Made by a program: the position numbers and the translations under genes
Shown: positions 61,301-64,000 of the stretch, piece by piece
Layout of the letters: every line of letters starts with the position of its first letter
How positions within the stretch are numbered: the stretch's first letter is position 1
The notes under the pieces: generated by a model
Told to the model about the DNA's origin: nothing
Databases searched by the model: none
What the model saw: the letters and a program-made list of their open reading frames with translations, nothing else
NCBI GenBank assembly: GCA_900544825.1
Contig: UQWP01000001.1
Coordinates: 15,881-79,880 of the forward strand
Direction of reading: 5' to 3'
DNA length: 64,000 nt
From: an uncultured Prevotella sp.
Lineage (GTDB): Bacteria; Bacteroidota; Bacteroidia; Bacteroidales; Bacteroidaceae

Positions 61301-61387
61301 TTCACCCATGCTCTCTCCCGATGTCCCCTTCGAACCCCAGTTCCAGGCGATTCCATCGCCTGTCCCTTTCCTCTCTCGATGCCCATT

Positions 61388-61453
61388 TTCCTACGTCGCG
61401 ACGTAGCAATTCCTGCGTCCCGACGTAATAATTCCTGCGTCGCGACGTAGGAA
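61388..61453. repeat. Three in-phase tandem copies of a 22-bp near-palindrome (ideal TTCCTACGTCGCGACGTAGGAA); candidate operator/iteron-like array ~265 bp upstream of ppdK
   Basis: ttcctacgtcgcgacgtagcaa | ttcctgcgtcccgacgtaataa | ttcctgcgtcgcgacgtaggaa. GC-rich island in an AT-rich intergenic region. Confidence 0.8.
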
Positions 61454-61649
61454 AAAGAAGGCCTTGAAGGGAACTCAGCCCCTCAAACTGTCAGAATCTC
61501 TTTCTTTGCCAACTTATAATTTCCTCTCAATCGTTGCATATTGATAGTAGATTGTTAAAAATAGCCCCGTGTGTGCGACAACAGTGTGAAATGTAATCTC
61601 GAGATAGCAAAAAAGAGTATAAAAGTTTGGTGGTTTCAGAGAAATGTTG

Positions 61650-61657
61650 TATATTTG
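61650..61657 (+). promoter_or_regulatory. -7 box TATATTTG upstream of ppdK
   Basis: gttgtatatttgcatc, ~60 nt upstream of the ATG at 61718. Confidence 0.4.
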
Positions 61658-61717
61658 CATCATCAAAGTAGTTTGATAATAACTAGAATTATATAATATT
61701 TTTGAACCTATAACAAA

Positions 61718-64000
61718 ATGAACGAAAAAAGAGTTTATACATTCGGTAATGGACAAGCCGAAGGTAATGCGAAGATGCGCGAAGTTCTTGGCGGTAAGGG
61801 TGCAAACCTCGCTGAGATGAATCTTATTGGTGTACCTGTTCCTCCAGGTTTCACCATCACAACCGATACATGTAATGAATATTATGAGGTAGGTGAGGAA
61901 AAAATCAAGGAACTTCTTCAGGATGAAGTAACTGCTGCTGTAGCTCATACAGAGGCTTTGATGAACTGCAAGTTCGGTTCCGTTGAGAATCCTCTCCTCG
62001 TTTCTGTACGTTCAGGTGCTCGCGCGTCTATGCCAGGTATGATGGATACAATCCTCAACCTTGGTTTGAATGATGAGGTGGCTGAGGGTATGGTCAAGAA
62101 GACCGGTAATCCTCATTTCGTTTACGATTCATATCGTCGTTTCGTACAGATGTACGGTGATGTTGTTATGGGTCTTAAGCCAGTTAACAAGGAAGACATC
62201 GATCCATTCGAGGCTATCATCGAAAAGGTGAAGGAAGAGCAGGGCGTTACTCTCGACAAGGACCTCTCTGTAGAGTCTCTCAAGAAGCTCGTTGAGCTCT
62301 TCAAGGCTGCTATCAAGGAGCAGACTGGTCAGGATTTCCCTACCAACCCTATCGAGCAGCTCTGGGGCGCTATCTGCGCAGTATTCCGTTCTTGGATGAA
62401 CGAGCGCGCTATCCTTTACCGTAAGATGGAAGGTATTCCTGATGAGTGGGGTACAGCTGTTTCTGTCATGGCGATGGTATTCGGTAACATGGGCGAGACT
62501 TCTGCTACTGGTGTTTGCTTCTCTCGTGATGCAGGTAATGGTGAGAACCTCTTCAATGGTGAGTATCTTATCAATGCACAGGGTGAGGACGTAGTAGCTG
62601 GTATCCGTACACCACAGCAGATTACAAAGATCGGTTCTCAGCGCTGGGCTGAGCGTGCTGGCATCTCTGAGGAGGAGCGCATAGCTAAGTATCCTTCTAT
62701 GGAAGAGGCTATGCCTGAGCTTTACAAGGAGCTCGATGCTCTCCAGGATAAGCTGGAGCACCACTATCACGATATGCAGGATATGGAGTTCACCGTACAG
62801 GAAGGCAAGCTCTGGTTCCTCCAGACCCGTAACGGTAAGCGTACAGGTACCGCTATGGTGAAGATTGCTATGGATCTCCTCCACGAGGGTATGATCGATG
62901 AGAAGACTGCTATCCTCCGCTGTGAGCCTCAGAAGCTCGATGAGCTCCTGCACCCAGTATTCGATAAGCTGGCTCTCTCTAAGGCTAAGGTCATCACTCA
63001 GGGTCTCCCTGCTTCTCCAGGTGCTGCCTGCGGTCAGATCGTATTCCACGCTGACGATGCTCAGGAGTGGCACGAGGACGGCAAGAAGGTCATCATGGTT
63101 CGTATCGAGACTTCTCCTGAAGACCTCGCTGGTATGTCTGCTGCTGAGGGTATCCTTACCGCTCGTGGTGGTATGACTTCTCACGCTGCCGTTGTAGCTC
63201 GTGGTATGGGTAAGTGCTGTGTATCAGGTGCTGGCTCTATCAATGTTGACTACAAGTCAAAGACTGTTGAGATCGAGGGCGTAGTTTACAAGGAGGGTGA
63301 TTACATCTCTCTGAACGGTACTACAGGTCAGGTTTATGCTGGTCAGATCGAGACAAAGGCTGCAGAGCTTTCAGGCGACTTCAAGGAGCTGATGGACCTC
63401 TGCGACAAATATACAAAGATGGAGATCCGTACCAACGCAGATACTCCACATGATGCTGAGGTAGCTCGTGCATTCGGTGCTAAGGGTATCGGTTTGACAC
63501 GTACAGAGCACATGTTCTTCGATGATCAGAAGATCGTTGCTATGCGTGAGATGATTCTGGCAGACTCTGTTGAGGGTCGTGAGAAGGCTCTTGCCAAGCT
63601 CCTCCCATATCAGAAGGCTGACTTCTACGGAATCTTGAAGGCTATGGATGGCTGCCACGTGAATATCCGCTTGCTCGACCCACCTCTCCACGAGTTCGTA
63701 CCACACGATTTGGCTGGTCAGCAGACTATGGCTAAGGAGATGGGCGTAAGTGTTGAGGAAATCAAGAAGCGTGTGAACTCTTTGGCAGAGAACAACCCAA
63801 TGCTCGGTCACCGTGGTTGCCGTCTCGGTATCACATTCCCTGAGATTACAGCTATGCAGACACGTGCCATCCTCGGCGCAGCTTGCGAGTTGAAGAAGGA
63901 GGGTTACAACCCATGCCCAGAAATCATGGTTCCTCTTATCGGTACTGTTCAGGAGCTCAAGCAGCAGAAGGCTATCATCCTCGCTACTTCTAAGGAAGTA
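61718..64000 (+). CDS. ppdK: Pyruvate, phosphate dikinase (5' ~760 codons; continues past window end)
   Basis: MNEKRVYTFGNGQAEGNAKMREVLGGKGANLAEMNLIGVPVPPGFTITTD is a canonical PPDK N-terminus. Phosphohistidine motif GGMTSHAAVVARGMGKCCVSGAG is encoded at ~63170-63240. The frame is open to the end of the window. Confidence 0.9.
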   Translation, partial: MNEKRVYTFGNGQAEGNAKMREVLGGKGANLAEMNLIGVPVPPGFTITTDTCNEYYEVGEEKIKELLQDEVTAAVAHTEALMNCKFGSVENPLLVSVRSGARASMPGMMDTILNLGLNDEVAEGMVKKTGNPHFVYDSYRRFVQMYGDVVMGLKPVNKEDIDPFEAIIEKVKEEQGVTLDKDLSVESLKKLVELFKAAIKEQTGQDFPTNPIEQLWGAICAVFRSWMNERAILYRKMEGIPDEWGTAVSVMAMVFGNMGETSATGVCFSRDAGNGENLFNGEYLINAQGEDVVAGIRTPQQITKIGSQRWAERAGISEEERIAKYPSMEEAMPELYKELDALQDKLEHHYHDMQDMEFTVQEGKLWFLQTRNGKRTGTAMVKIAMDLLHEGMIDEKTAILRCEPQKLDELLHPVFDKLALSKAKVITQGLPASPGAACGQIVFHADDAQEWHEDGKKVIMVRIETSPEDLAGMSAAEGILTARGGMTSHAAVVARGMGKCCVSGAGSINVDYKSKTVEIEGVVYKEGDYISLNGTTGQVYAGQIETKAAELSGDFKELMDLCDKYTKMEIRTNADTPHDAEVARAFGAKGIGLTRTEHMFFDDQKIVAMREMILADSVEGREKALAKLLPYQKADFYGILKAMDGCHVNIRLLDPPLHEFVPHDLAGQQTMAKEMGVSVEEIKKRVNSLAENNPMLGHRGCRLGITFPEITAMQTRAILGAACELKKEGYNPCPEIMVPLIGTVQELKQQKAIILATSKEV

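Noticed and set aside
60690-61330. Chromosomal replication origin (strand-composition switch around an AT-rich core)
   Set aside because: No recognisable DnaA boxes (TTATCCACA or TGTGGATAA) in the core, and no dnaA/dnaN nearby. The purine/pyrimidine asymmetry is local and built from short tandem units rather than a skew transition. Cannot be excluded without genome-wide skew.
62129-63184. 351-aa minus-strand ORF and other ORFs antisense to ppdK
   Set aside because: They lie entirely inside the strongly supported ppdK reading frame (phosphohistidine motif on + strand). The antisense translations are low-complexity Leu/Ser/Thr-rich.

Overview
The codon usage, Bacteroidota-type TAnnTTTG -7 promoter boxes and T9SS C-terminal sorting domains point to a Bacteroidota (Prevotellaceae-like) chromosomal segment. 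Most of the window is densely packed core metabolism and housekeeping genes: glyA, pyrBI, PBP1A, pheT, yebC, lepA, two tandem acyl-CoA ligase paralogs, two uvrA paralogs, rlmH, a phosphohexomutase, a purF-like gene, rpoD, a POT peptide transporter, an S9 peptidase, DUF1846, yidC, pyrG, rlmD and the 5' part of ppdK. Outer-membrane and secreted proteins are interspersed. Two places look accessory or unexplained. (1) A compact three-gene HipB / HipS-like / HipT-like (split-HipA) toxin-antitoxin cassette at 50.9-52.4 kb sits between convergent core genes. It is flanked on both sides by eight copies of a ~22-bp imperfect palindrome (consensus ATTATACCyTTTCGGGGGTAAAT). Six of these form a regularly ~42-bp-spaced array upstream of hipB. 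(2) A 1.08-kb divergent intergenic region between rlmD and ppdK contains mirrored purine-rich / pyrimidine-rich microsatellite-like blocks (GGTGAAA/GGTGAAT/AAAAGGTCA units) around an AT-rich core, plus three perfect-phase tandem copies of a 22-bp near-palindrome (TTCCTACGTCGCGACGTAGGAA). Smaller curiosities are a purF homolog lacking the N-terminal catalytic Cys, a cargo-less T9SS type-B CTD mini-protein, a repeat-rich DUF3943-like protein, and a ~35-bp leader element shared by lolE-like and uvrA genes. No tRNA, rRNA, CRISPR, transposase or integrase was recognised. All protein assignments are from reading motifs in the supplied translations, not from database searches.
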